Made by a program: the position numbers and the translations under genes. DNA of 64,000 nucleotides, from contig MU058844.1 of NCBI GenBank assembly GCA_013265495.1, positions 4,035,895-4,099,894 of the forward strand. Direction: 5' to 3'. Source of the DNA: Vicugna vicugna. Taxonomy: Eukaryota. Shown here in pieces: positions 25,270 to 37,918 of this stretch; the first letter of the stretch is position 1; each line of letters opens with the position of its first letter. The notes beneath the pieces were generated by a model, which was not told where the DNA came from, did no database searches, and saw only the letters and a program-made list of their open reading frames with translations.

Positions 25270-27479
25270 TTACCTTACACATTCCAAATAAAATGGCTAC
25301 CTCATAGGCTGACCACTTAATTAAATGTTTGGGGGTCAGGTTTCGGTGGTTAAAAGAAGTGTTATAGAAAATAAATAAGGCTTTTGGAGGGATGACAACA
25401 GGAATCAGAACAGCAATTCTAGATTCTTAACTGGCAAGGCTTTTTAAATTGGCTCTCGTTTGTATTACTCATTTCCTTTTCAGCCACACCCAGCACCATT
25501 TCAATTCTCTGTCATTCTGAATCTTCTTATTTATTATATTGATCACACAGCAATCACCTGTGATTATTTTATCTATTATCTTAAAATAATCGCCATCAAG
25601 TTTCCCCTAAACTTGACATATAGGGTTTACAAAGATTGTTATTTGTCTAGACTAATTGCTCTGCTTTTGAGGGAAAACTGAAACAAAGGTTTTGGTGTTA
25701 GGATGTTGAAGACAGACGCACAACACTTGGACCTTTAGCAATGCTCATGAAAAAAGTATTTTATGCATAAGAATTGGAGAACTACATAAAAAGATGAGTA
25801 TTTCTAGGACTGAGGATGAAGGGCACATTGGTAACGCTCCTCCCATCTCTCCTGTTAATGCTTATTGTGATGAGGGTGGAGAGTTACTGAAACAAACAAG
25901 AATCTGTATGTTGCAATTACAGTTAGAGAAAGGATGTATAGCTTATAAGGCTCATCAAATGTCCTTCCTTGAGCTGATTTTAGAGCTATCCAAAGCCATA
26001 ATCCCACAATTCCAGGAGCATGATGGTATTCACAAAAAGCTCTTACAATACAGACATACTACAATCTCTATCCTCTATTATGATAGGACTTGAAAGGATG
26101 ACAAATAGTAAAAGAAGTGAGGTGGGGCAGTAGCCTGGTACAGTTAAAATCACCAATACCACATTAAAATCCATAATGGAGGAGCATAGATTAAATGACA
26201 GGTATAAAATAAATGGAAACATACCCTCCAACTCTATAATATGAAACACTGATCAATCATTCGAGGAGTATTCACTGAGTACCTAGATATATAAGGAGCA
26301 TAAAATATGATTCCTGCCTTCAAGAAGTTTAGATCCAAGAAGTGTACTATGATAATACATTATTTTTTCCATGTATAATCACCTCCCTCCTTGGTAAGAA
26401 CTTAATTTGAATGCATTATTGGCACACACTGTCTACAGGCATTCAGCCCCATGAATGAAGGCAACGAGTTCATCTGATTTCCTGTGGCTTGTCTGTTCTG
26501 AATTCATTTCACAGATGATCAAAAGCTTATGCATTTGAAAACACACACACAAACTTGTGCACTGGTAAGAATGCTAAAGGAAATAGACCAGCTGAATATT
26601 TGGCTTCTCTACTTTCAACATGTTTCATTTGAAATACGAAATTATAGTTAAAGATAGTCTCTATAAAACATACCGCCAGATATAAATTTGAGATTTATTA
26701 TTTTAGCAAAACTGGATAAATCATGCTGAATATTAGTATTTAAGCTCTTCAAAGTGATACTTAGTATCTTTTCCATTTGGTGATGGTATTGTCGAAATAA
26801 ATACAAGTGGTTAGTGCCAGTGTTCTAATTTTTTTAGTATGCACCAAAGATGTTATATTTACTAAGCACCATTGAATTTTCAGAAGTTAGGGTATTTTTC
26901 AAATCTTGAAAACCTTGCCTGTATTTCTGTTTCTGTCATAGCAGGGTTCCTATGACTACACAATCTTGTCTGGTTCATCTTAAACAAATGATGGCTAAGA
27001 AGGCCAGGTTCTTTGCTATTCCACAAATACGAGTTTAATCCTTATTTTGTTAGTATGAGCCATTGGCTCCATTTTTAAGAAAATAAAAACTTCCTACTTT
27101 TAAAAAGAACCAGAAATAAAATTCTTCTCCAAAAAAAATGATACCACTTTGTAACTTCAATCTACTGAATTCGAGCCTTCTAAGAAAAAGTAACTGTGCA
27201 GCTGGTGGCTGACTCATGAGACTACCATGCCTCAAGTTTCATTTGTCCTTCTGCAGAATTCTTTATAATGGTTATTATGCTCCATGCTTAAAATTCAATT
27301 GTTTTTTAAAGAAAACAAAACCTTTATTTCTATTTGTCATGAAACTTTCAGAAATACAAACCAATATCACTTAAATTTTAAAACAAATGAAATATAAAAA
27401 TAATACTTACATTTTACAAAGACATATATTCTGAGGGGACCTAATTTTTTAAGGAATTTACAATTTGGGGGAAACTTCT

Positions 27480-27730
27480 GCTGAGTGATAAGATCATTGG
27501 ATTCAAATCTTGATTCCAATAATTACTTGTTTCGGAACCTCAATAAAGTGACACTGTTTTTAAGCCTCAGTATCTTCATCTATAAAATAGGTATGATAAC
27601 ACAATTACCTCACAGGGAGAGACGTTAATTAGTAAAAATATTTAGACTCATTATTAGCACATAATTACCTAACAAGCATTAAATAAAATGGCAGTAATTT
27701 TTATCATCATCATCATCATCATTATTATTA
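27480..27730 (+). mobile_element. MIR SINE with (CAT)n/(TAT)n tail
   Basis: ggattcaaatcttg...gcctcagtatcttcatctataaaatagg...tacctcacaggg. Confidence 0.8.
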
Positions 27731-27808
27731 TTTCCAATTGATGGCTTTAGATTTGAAAGCTGTTTGACTTACATGTATTATCGTGAAAGTTCCAATTATG
27801 AATACCTA

Positions 27809-27990
27809 TGTCTTAGGTTGGTTTACTTAAAAGTAGGCCCTGGAGCCAGAATTTTAGTGTAAGTAGTTTATTTGGGAGATGATTTCAGGAAGTATCAGTA
27901 GGAGAGAGAGAAACTGGGACAAAGGGGAGGAAAGAGGAGGAATCTTGAAAATGTTAGCCAGAGCACATATGAGCTTAAATAATCTGCAGA
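27809..27990 (-). mobile_element. ERVL LTR fragment (LTR33/LTR16-like)
   Basis: tgtcttaggttgg...tgtaagtagtttatttgggagatgatttcaggaag is the reverse complement of an ERVL LTR 3' end. Confidence 0.7.
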
Positions 27991-29599
27991 CCCTGAGATA
28001 GTCTTCAAGCTAGCTTTAGCATATACAAAATCCAGACTGTGATTTTAAGGTGCACCTTAAAATGACTAATCAAATGACTAAAAGGAAGAAGTATATCTCT
28101 TTTTTAGAGACACTATACTAGAATAGATCTCTGCTGAAAACTCTATCCAAGGAAGCAGTGCTACAGAAAATAATTTGACAGTTAGGAATGTGTGGCTTAC
28201 ATTTTCTATTTTTGTTTAATCATTGTGAGTATACAGGAAGTATTAGGGTGATTTTATTGAAAGGCTGTTTAAGTACAGAAGCTGATCATCCTAATTAGCT
28301 ACTTTTCACATCCTAAAGCTCAAGAAGTACGTACCACTCATATGCTTTGTTATTCATATGCAAAATATAAGTTTTCTTAAAATAATTATCACCTTCCTTT
28401 ATTTATAGAAAACTTGTAAACCTGGTGAATAATGAACTACATCTACTTCGTCAGTTTCTATAAATATAATAATAATTATTGTTAAAATCAGTGGCTAAAT
28501 TTTGAAAATAGCTGATGATAATAAATACGGATGTCATTAACAAGCTAGAAATGCAGAGGAAGAAACTATACAATAAAAAGGCTGTAATCATGATCTCTTT
28601 GTTGAATTCAGCCCATAATTTTCAATGTCAGCTTTCTATATCCATATAGTTCATGATAATACTCACTTTGTTAAATTGTATGCATTTAAAAAAACAACAA
28701 TCACCAAAAGAAAACCAAAAAAAAAAAAAACCTCTAGTACAACTGAATGAATAAACACAGGTTTAAAGTGATGGAGTTCAAATCATTTCCTTTACTTAAG
28801 TGAGTAGCACTTTGGCCAAACTTTGAGATAGTACTTTTGGAATGTTGATAGCCGTCTCTTCAAAAACATTTTAAGGAATTTTATGGTTCCAGAAATTTAT
28901 CTTATATAACATCTTTGAATCTGGAAACTTTGAAACTGGATTTTATTGTTGGTCCCACCACTGGTTTAATGACAGCAGTCTAGACACGCATGTTTCCCTT
29001 CTCTCCTCGCTTATTCATCCTAACTATTTTACAGTTTGGGGTAAAGGCAAAATATAGGTAAACCTACTCATCAGTCTCATTTTTAATAAATAAAAATTCA
29101 ATAACTAAGTAAACTTTCACATAGAAGGATACTGAATGAATACATAAGTAATGTTCACTTAAAGGTCAACCTTTTTCTCAGGCTTACTGATTTCTGATTT
29201 TTAAAACTGATTGACTCAAACGGTCTGTGACCTAGTATTACTGTTTTCTATGTGGAACTTTTCACTTGTGATTATTCACCCAATCTCTTAGGTTTCTGAT
29301 ACTATTCATATGTCATTCATTCACCAAATGTATTTTAGCATATACTATACAGGAGCTACTGTTAACAGCTGCTGGAGAAGCAGGAGTGAATAAAATGTAT
29401 ACAGTAAAAGTAAATACAGCAGATTATCAGGGAGCTTATTCACTGATTCAGTCCTCCAAGATTCTAAGTAAGCTCCAAGTTATTGTTAAATCAGAGTAAT
29501 TTCACCAGGAATGGTGAATTCTTTGACTTGCAGATGACAAAGAATAAACCTGAATATTTTGGAAATTAATTAAGGAAGGAAGGAAGGAAACAAACCACA

Positions 29600-29870
29600 A
29601 AGTTTCTTGATTATACTGCTAACAGTCATGATCCAGGAATGAGGATCATACTTAACCACACTCTTCATAAACATCAAGGTCAAGAAAGACAAAGCTTGAA
29701 GAACTATTTCAGGTAAAGGAGACTAAAGAGACATGACAATTAAGTGTAACACATGATCCTGGACCAGAAAATTTTTTTTCTATAAAAGCTTTATTGGAAC
29801 AATTGTGAATTTGAATAAGGTAAATATTAAAATAAAAGTACTATTTCAGTGTAAATTTCATTTAAAAAAT
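29600..29870 (+). mobile_element. L1MC4/5-like 3' UTR fragment
   Basis: aaaggagactaaagagacatgacaattaagtgtaacacatgatcctgga signature. Confidence 0.75.
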
Positions 29871-30499
29871 TAGCATCCATACAAGAATCATCACTCTCTT
29901 CATCAACATTTCTTTACTCTTCCCCCTTAGCATATAAATATGTTCAGATTTTTTCCCTATATTTAGAAAAAGAAAACTCACCATGGTTTGCCTCCCTTTC
30001 AATCTACTTTCTTTTAAGCATATTTATAAAAAGAACCTTCCATTCATTTTCAGTCCTTCCCTCTTATCTCTCTTCAATCTGCTGTAACCATCCATAGTTC
30101 ATAACTCCTGACATAATAGCAAAGGTAACTTTAAAATTCATTCAGGTTAATTTCCCCCTGCCCTTGGAGGAAAACCTTGGCTAATTCCATGGTTTCTTTG
30201 CTTAATATTCAGTAAAAGAGGCTGTGCTGTCAGTTTATGTCTCAAACTTAAGTCTCTATTCATACTTGGAAAGCCTTACCCAATATATTAATTAAAACTC
30301 CAAATTTGATTTTAGCATTAGGCATTCTCTCCCCTGGGTAGGACCTGCTTCAGGACCTCTTTTTTTCTGACTTTGTGCCTGAATGGAAGGAGGGAGGAGT
30401 TGATAGGAAAGAGGAAAGAAGTCAAGAAAAGTCTTAACTGATATTGAACCATTATAAATTACTTTGTACTTTACGGACCAGCTCACATTGAAAGCCAAT

Positions 30500-31980
30500 T
30501 CAAAGATGTCCTTCACTGAGGACCTCTCTTCTTGCAATTTCCATTATCCAGGATGATGTCTCTTGATTCTGGGTGGTTACTTGAGAGATTACTTGTTAAA
30601 CACTCACCACTAGACCAAGCATCATAAACACAGAGGGAATTATCTCTTCTGCTAATATTGTACCCTCAGTGTCTTGCACTGCACTTGACATATAGTAATC
30701 TCTCATTAAGTACTAGTTGAGTGAGTAAGTGAAGGATGGTCTCCGTATCAGTAAATTCAATAATTACTTTCTGTATTTAATTAAATTAACCTTGAAATAC
30801 ATTTTATGCTATTGGTCATGCCTTTTCTTATGAAATTCTCTCTTCCCTCTTCTAGGACACTGATCTCCTGTTTTTCTACTCTGTGGTCACGGTCTCAGTC
30901 TTTATGAAGCCTTCTCTTTTTTCTTTTGACTGCTCTCTAAATGCCAGTATTCCCTAAAGCTTAATGAATGACTTTTCTTCTCTCATTACGATATACAATT
31001 TCCCTTCACCATTTTCCTGGTTTTTAGTAACAACTGCATAGTTCCAGCCCAGAACCCATTCCTATGGTCCAGATCCACATATTCAACTGACCATGTGACA
31101 CCTTCCAGCTTATAAAGACCTCAAACCTCTTGTTTCAGATATAAGTGCATCATCTTTTCTCTAAGATCTATCCTAGGCTTTGGTTTCTACAATGCAGTGA
31201 ATGTCATCATTATATATTCAGTCTCTCTGGTTAGAAATCTGGAAAACTAACCTAAACTATAGCTTTCTTATTAAAAACTCATATCCAGTGGTTCTCTAAA
31301 TCATTTACCATTGATCTTTTAAATAGGTTTTTAATATATATCTTCCCCTTAATTTCCACAGGCTTATTCTGGGTCCTTATCACTTTGCAATTCAGTTATT
31401 GCAACGACCTCCTTCTAGCTGGTCACTCCACCTCTTCCATTCCATTGCTCCTGCTGGTGCAACATTCTAAACTCAAATTTAATAACCGTTCTCTTTTCAA
31501 AGTAGCTTCCTGCATGGCATTCAAGACAAAGCACAAACTCCTTAGCCTGGATCAGAAGGTCCTTTGTGATCTGTCCCTGATGCATCCCCTCAGCCTCAAT
31601 TCTAACCTCTTCCTTTAATGAGAACCATATTCAAATATTGTGCTTTCCCCAAAGCAGTCACCTATTTTTACAGTTCTAGGCCTATTGATTTTTTCCCTCC
31701 TTCTCCCTTTTTCAGATTCCAAAATTTCAAAGAATGCATCATTTTATTCATCCTAGAATAGTAAATAGGCTTTAGGATAACTCTCCCCAAATTCAAGACT
31801 TAAATCAAATAAATACTTCCCTGAGAAGCATACACTTTCACCTGTTTGGAGGTAGGTTTTCTCCTGTGTTCCCAAAGTTCCACCTGCATACCTATGTTTT
31901 GGAACTGATAACCTTGCATTGGTCTTATTCTTGTTATGTCCTCATATTTCTGTTTCCTTAACATTGAGCTCAGTATAAGT
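30500..31980 (+). mobile_element. L2 LINE fragments
   Basis: Pyrimidine-rich L2 body (ctccagccc-like, cagatccacatattcaactg, caaactccttagcctgg) and a 3' tail near 30700. Confidence 0.7.
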
Positions 31981-31999
31981 AATAAATTAGTGCCTAAAA

Positions 32000-32230
32000 G
32001 TGTATGATCAGACTACAGAATAGAATCCTTTCATTGCCACATATAAACCACTGACCTAAGTTAGACAAGCCATTTGTAATATGTACTGTTCTTCAGTTTC
32101 TTTTTTTGTAAAATGAGTATAATGATACTTCCTGCCTCATAGAAATTTTACAAGGATGAAAAAACTTTATATACATAAAGTTCTTATGTGATACATAAGT
32201 GCTCTTTAAAAGTTATTTACTATTTTATTT
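32000..32230 (+). mobile_element. MIR SINE
   Basis: cttcagtttctttttttgtaaaatgagtataatgatacttcctgcctcatag. Confidence 0.7.
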
Positions 32231-32379
32231 CTTTGCCTATAGAGAAAGATCCTCAAGGATTAGCTGAATGAATGAATGAATGGGCTAACGAGTGAACAAA
32301 AGTGCAGATGACTAATGTTTAGAGAATTGTAAATGTTTAAAATACACCCAAATAGTTCCTCAGAAAGCATGTTCCTGAC

Positions 32380-32640
32380 CCTCTCAAAGAATTCAAACAG
32401 GTATTCCCCTGATATTCCCTCTTACACAATCCAGTTCTTTTCCTTCATATTATTTATTACCACTTATAAGAACACACGTTTGAGTTACTAGGTATGTGAT
32501 TTTTTTCATGTCTGTATTTCTCACCCAAATTGACCTGATATCAAAGTATGCCCATTTTGTTCCCACTGTTTGCTCAGTGCCTAGCACAGTGTTTAGTGTA
32601 TTATAAGTATTCAATGTATATAAATTGAGTGTGTGAAGGC
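32380..32640 (+). mobile_element. L2 3' end
   Basis: cagtgcctagcacagtg...aagtattcaatgtatataaattgagtg. Confidence 0.65.
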
Positions 32641-33059
32641 AAAAAGTAACATGAATAGAATTCATTTTTCTGAGATGAATTAGAATTCTGCTTAGAAACT
32701 ATCAATGCCACTTCATTATTCTAATAAAGAAGCAGTTATTATACTATTAACATTAAGTTCTACAATCCAAAGTTTATTCTCACTTTTAGTGTTATCCATA
32801 TTAACCCATTCTTTATTTAGAATTCACTTTTCATTACTCAAACTTCTTTCCATTTCTGTTCTATTAATCATATTACACATATTTTACTTACAACGTGTTC
32901 CATGTCAGTTTTCAGAAGGAAGCAGCAAAGAAAAGATGAGAAAGGGAAAGAAGGGAGTAAATTATAGTTGATTACAATGAAAGTGTGAAACTGTACTGTT
33001 CATACAGCTTGGGAACAGCTCACCAAGGAAGTTGCCATGAATCCAAATGTTAATTATAA

Positions 33060-33300
33060 TACTAAGTAATAAAAGATATTTGTTTAATGTTGTACAACAT
33101 ATAAAGTACTTTCATCATATATATTCTCCCATTTAATGTTCACAACAGACCCAAGGGGCAGTTAACACATGGATTTTGGTCCACATTTCATATACGAATC
33201 AATGTAGGCTCAGGGAAATTGCATGACTTGCCCAAGTTCTCACAGCTATTGGATTGGTCAAGCTATGACTCAGATATAGATCTGCTTTGCCAAGTCTGTT
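33060..33300 (-). mobile_element. MIR SINE
   Basis: catttaatgttcacaac...ggctcagggaaattgcatgacttgcccaagttctcacagcta. Confidence 0.75.
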
Positions 33301-33455
33301 GCACTTCCTTCAAAAGTGAAATTCCTTTGTATAATTGAAAAAACTAAACTAAACTAACAATGGAGTTTCAATTAGGATTTCTTTTAGGGGAACAAGTAAT
33401 AGGATCTGCTCATCACATTAAATACCAAGAGGAATGGATTCACGTGCACCCATAC

Positions 33456-33510
33456 CTTTGAGCTTATTCAAGCTACATTGAGATGTAGAAACAAGGTGTA
33501 CTAGGCATTT
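33456..33510 (-). other. Candidate 55-nt internal exon (speculative)
   Basis: Acceptor ccatcattttatttcag| and donor AAG|gtatgg. Only one open frame, KCLVHLVSTSQCSLNKLK; peptide not recognised. Confidence 0.3.
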
Positions 33511-36356
33511 CTGAAATAAAATGATGGACATTTTTAAATTCTGCATTGTATCAGATGCAGATATAGTATTTTATATAGTGCTTGTCAAGCGATAATGTCT
33601 AAAGCAGATCATTATTTAATTACAATGAAAGCTGAAGTAAACAACATGAGTGATTTCTGAAAATCTAGCCACTGAAAACCACACCCTTTGGCAACACTCC
33701 TAAGACTCACAAGAAGACAATAGGGTAGATTGTATTAAGAGAAAATTTAAAAATAAGCATAAGGTTATGTGCCAAGACAGGGTGAAAGATAGAACCTGAT
33801 GAAAACCAATGAATAAAAGTACTTAAATGTATGTAAGGGACCCTTCTTTTGTTTATTTTTTTCACTTTTTTGCACACATTCAACATTTTCCTGTGTTTTG
33901 TGATTCCCATGTGAAAGGTATGGTTCTAAACAGAAAGAGCTTTCAACTAAGTCCAATGTAATATTTTTTAAAGCATAAACTTGGAGTCATATAAATGTGA
34001 ATTTGAAGCCCATTTGCTAATTATTACAACTAGCTATGAGAATGAAAGCAAACTACGTAAACAACTTGGTAACATCACATAAAAGGCTACTGCCAGAATT
34101 AAGTGAGATGATATATTCATCCATTCCTTCTTTCATTCAGAGTCTACTTTGTGTCAGGCACTGTCCAAACCACAAAAGACATAGTAGTGAGCAAAACAAA
34201 ATCCCTGTCCACACAGTTTCCATTCTAGCAGGTGTGAAATAAGCAAGTACATACCATAATGCATGGTACAATAAAAGGTACACAAGAAACACTGACTTTC
34301 TTTTCCAGTTCCCTTCATCACACCACCTGTAATCTTTGGTCCTTTATTAACAGGAATTGTGTGGATTAAGCCAACAATACTTAAACAGTATTGGCAGCAA
34401 CTACTCTGAAAGTAGAAAAGAGGGCCTATTAAAAATAATTGTGATTAAAAGTGTGTTTAAGAAGAGTCATAGTCAGCCAAGTGATTGCTTATTTCTTACA
34501 TTTGCTGAATGTCTGGGGGCAAAAAACACAATAAGTGACCCACAGAGTGATTAAATCAATCCCCCAGGTTTGATTAGCTTGGTTATCTGCATGGACTAAG
34601 GAACCACACTTGGAGAGAATGAAGGTTAGTCAATAACTATTGATAATTTCATCCATTTACTCTTTTATATGAATATGAATCAGGCCATTTCCAGGAACCA
34701 GTTACCAAATGTACTCATCCACATGCTACATGTAGGGGGCTGGGGGTCGGGGGTGGAGGGAGGAGTAAGTGTCTCTATAGATGTTGTGAAGAAAGGAGAG
34801 CCAGAAATTGGCAGCTACTTGAAGACATGAAGAAAAGAAAAAAATTAAAAATCATGTAAATGTCAAGACTATTGGGCTTTTGTCTAAGGGTGGGTTTATT
34901 TTTATACTCCTACAGAGAAATTAGGAGACAAAGAAAAGAACTCTGGTAACCTTAGTGCTGCAGGAATGACTGTAGATAGCATCATTTAAAAAAAAAAAAG
35001 ACAAGGAAATTTACAAGTAAAGTAAAGATAGGAAAAAGAAAGGAAAATTTTTGCCATTAACCTGAAACCAGCATCAAAGGATGAGAAACAAAATCTGTGA
35101 TGTGTGGGTCACTCACACTAGTCAAATTAAAGTACAGTAGGTCTAGTAATCATCTTAAAGACAGATTTCAATGGCTGCAGTTAACTTGATACACACAGTT
35201 TGGATTATTATTCAATATTTCTTAAACATCTCAAAACTTAAATCAATTTTATTTTGGCTGATTTGATAGTTTTATATCTAGATGTAAATCCAGAGAGTAA
35301 ACCAAGTAAAAGGAAGATGTCGGATTAAGGAAACAGGAAAGAATAAGGAAAGAGGTAAGTAGAATATCCAGGGTGATGGGAAAATACCCCAGAATGGCAG
35401 TTTGGTAGCAGGCTTAGAGAGCCACCAATCTGTTTTGAGCAGGAAAACAGTAGGTTCGGAGACAGAGCTGTCTTGGATAGATAGAGTGCATTGATAGGGC
35501 ACCTGCTCTATTTGTGAGTTTGAATGATTTGGAGAGGTCATTTGGCAAGAGATACAAGGGAAAGTAAACAATTGGAAACAAGACAATGATTAAATCCACA
35601 GAAAATAAATTTGTAGCAGAAAGAAATGTAATCATAGTACACAATATAGCTTGCCTGTTAAAGTGTTTACACAGTAACAATAAACGCTAAAGATTTGCCT
35701 TACCCTAATTAGCTACATTGAGAGACTAGGAAGAAACAAATGTGTGTGTTGGTGAACAGGGGGTAGTTGCAAGTGGAGTGAGGATTTAAGAGACCCAATT
35801 CTCATTTCTTCATACTGGGAAACAACTACAACTGAAAAATCAAAAGTGTTAATTTCAGAATGTTATTTAGAGATATAGGGGTATGTTAAGAATAAACAGT
35901 GGTGGGGAGCAGAAGAATAAGAGAAAGAAGCAGGAATAAGCCCTGTAGACCTACTTGACTTTTTAAATAATATGCAAAATATCATGTTAAAAAGTTAAAA
36001 TCAGAAACAAAAGCAAAGACCAAAGCACTTTAAAGACTACCATCATTGTTGTAGGGCTTATCAAGGTAAAGGGAGAAAAAAATGTAAATCTAACATAATC
36101 TGGTGAGTATAAAAATGAGTTTATAAAAACACTGTTATTTGCAGGAACACTTCCCTAAAATACTCCCTTACTGAATTTTAAGCAATACTATTAGCTCACA
36201 AAAGTCTACCATGTAAGAATAGACCACCACCTAAGCCTAAACTAACACATAGTGATAAGTACACATGTCATTTTGTGATGCACATTCTTATTTTAAGATA
36301 AATGCTGAGAAATGAAAGAGACAGCATGAAGAAGTTTTAAAAGTTTATTGTATCAG

Positions 36357-36602
36357 GGGGAGGATTTAGCTCAGTGCTAGAGTGGTGCTTAGCATACTTG
36401 AGGTCCTGGGTTCAATCCCCAGTACCTCCATTAAAATAGATAGATAGACAGCTAGATAGATAGATAGACAGACAGTCAGACAGACAGACGTAATTACACC
36501 CTCCCCCAAAAAAGAAATTAAAGAAAAAATGCAGCTTTAATGTCCTTAAATAAAATAAAATGATTGAACACTTTTAAAAAAACAAAAAGTTTTTAAAAAC
36601 TG
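36357..36602 (+). mobile_element. Camelid tRNA-derived SINE (Vic-1-like) with internal (GATA/GACA)n
   Basis: ggggaggatttagctcagtgctagag...gggttcaatccccagtacctcca. TSD tattgtatcag (36346-36356, 36603-36613). Confidence 0.9.
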
Positions 36603-37795
36603 TATTGTATCAGAACCAACAAAAGAGATTGGACAACTTCATTCCATCTTTCTCATAACCTGCCCACTGTCAGAAAACTATCAATGAGTTTAACCCAAAA
36701 TAGATGCTGTTCTCTCACTACCCCAAGCCCTGAAAAAGCACCAGACAAACCACCCACCAGACATACCTACATTCTCACACAAATTTGCCCAAAAGAAGAC
36801 ACTTCTATTATGTACACAGGAGGATCCTTCTGAGATGAGATGGGGAGATATGGTAACTGGGTAAGTCTTTCAAAGAGATCTGCCACCCTCTCATTCTATC
36901 AGCATCCGTGTATATACTATCTGCTTATCTTTGACATCCACAGGCACTAACAATACGACTAATAATAGCAGTATTGAAAAATTATCCTACATGTGTAAAA
37001 AGGAGCATTAATACAACGTAACTTTTCAAAATCAATAAAATCTTTCATTTCTATACTTTGTGGTGACAATCAGTAGTTATATTAACTCAGATGGCTTTTT
37101 TTTATGATAAGAGAAACCATACTCTAATTAGTATTCAAAGAGTGGTAATAATATCCCTAAAACAATCTATTCCTTAAGCATATATATTCCAATTATCTTT
37201 ATTATCTCATTGCACAGATCTATACAATTACGGAAGTATGGTAAAGTCCAAAATTAAAATTTAAACTTTATAAATTTTAACAGACTTGACAGCAACTCTG
37301 TACTTTTAAAAACCAATGAAGCAAATGTCTTTGGAATTCATTCTTTAGTTTCTTACTTTTTAAGTGGCTATAATACTTTCTATTCTTAAGTGAGATTCTG
37401 TTTTTCATTGAAAGATTGCAACCACAGGGTCAAATGTGGCACAAACAGCACTTCCCATCTCCCATACTTATTAAGATGAGAGATGAAGGAAAGTATACCT
37501 GAGGTAACATTTTTAAAGTAATTTAATAATGTATCTATCCATTCATCTCCCCAACTAATAAAATGATGACGAGAATGCTCCCCTCAAATTGTATTAAAAG
37601 AAAAATGTCTGGTAATATTATAGTGAAATTTTCTAAGTATAAGCTTCATAAAAGAAACTATTCATTCATTGTAGCTTCTTTGTTGAAAGTATTTATTGTC
37701 TGCTCAGTTCCTAGCACTGTGTTTTGATACTAGTTTCAGATTCCCAGATCATTGGAGCTGTCCCTTCTCCAGCTCTTTCAAGACCTGGTTGTTCA

Positions 37796-37918
37796 ATCTT
37801 TCCTTATCTTCCTCTCTCTCTCTACCTCTCCCTCTCTCTCTCTCTTTTCCCCTCCCTTTGTCCCTCCTCAATCCTCTGATTTTCTCTCTCTTTCTTCCTC
37901 TCTCTGCCTCAACTCTCT
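37796..37918. repeat. CT-rich polypyrimidine low-complexity tract
   Basis: About 120 nt, almost all C/T. Confidence 0.9.

Noticed and set aside
25794..26093. 99-aa ATG-initiated ORF in unique sequence
   Set aside because: No recognisable domain, promoter or convincing splice context; this length is expected by chance.
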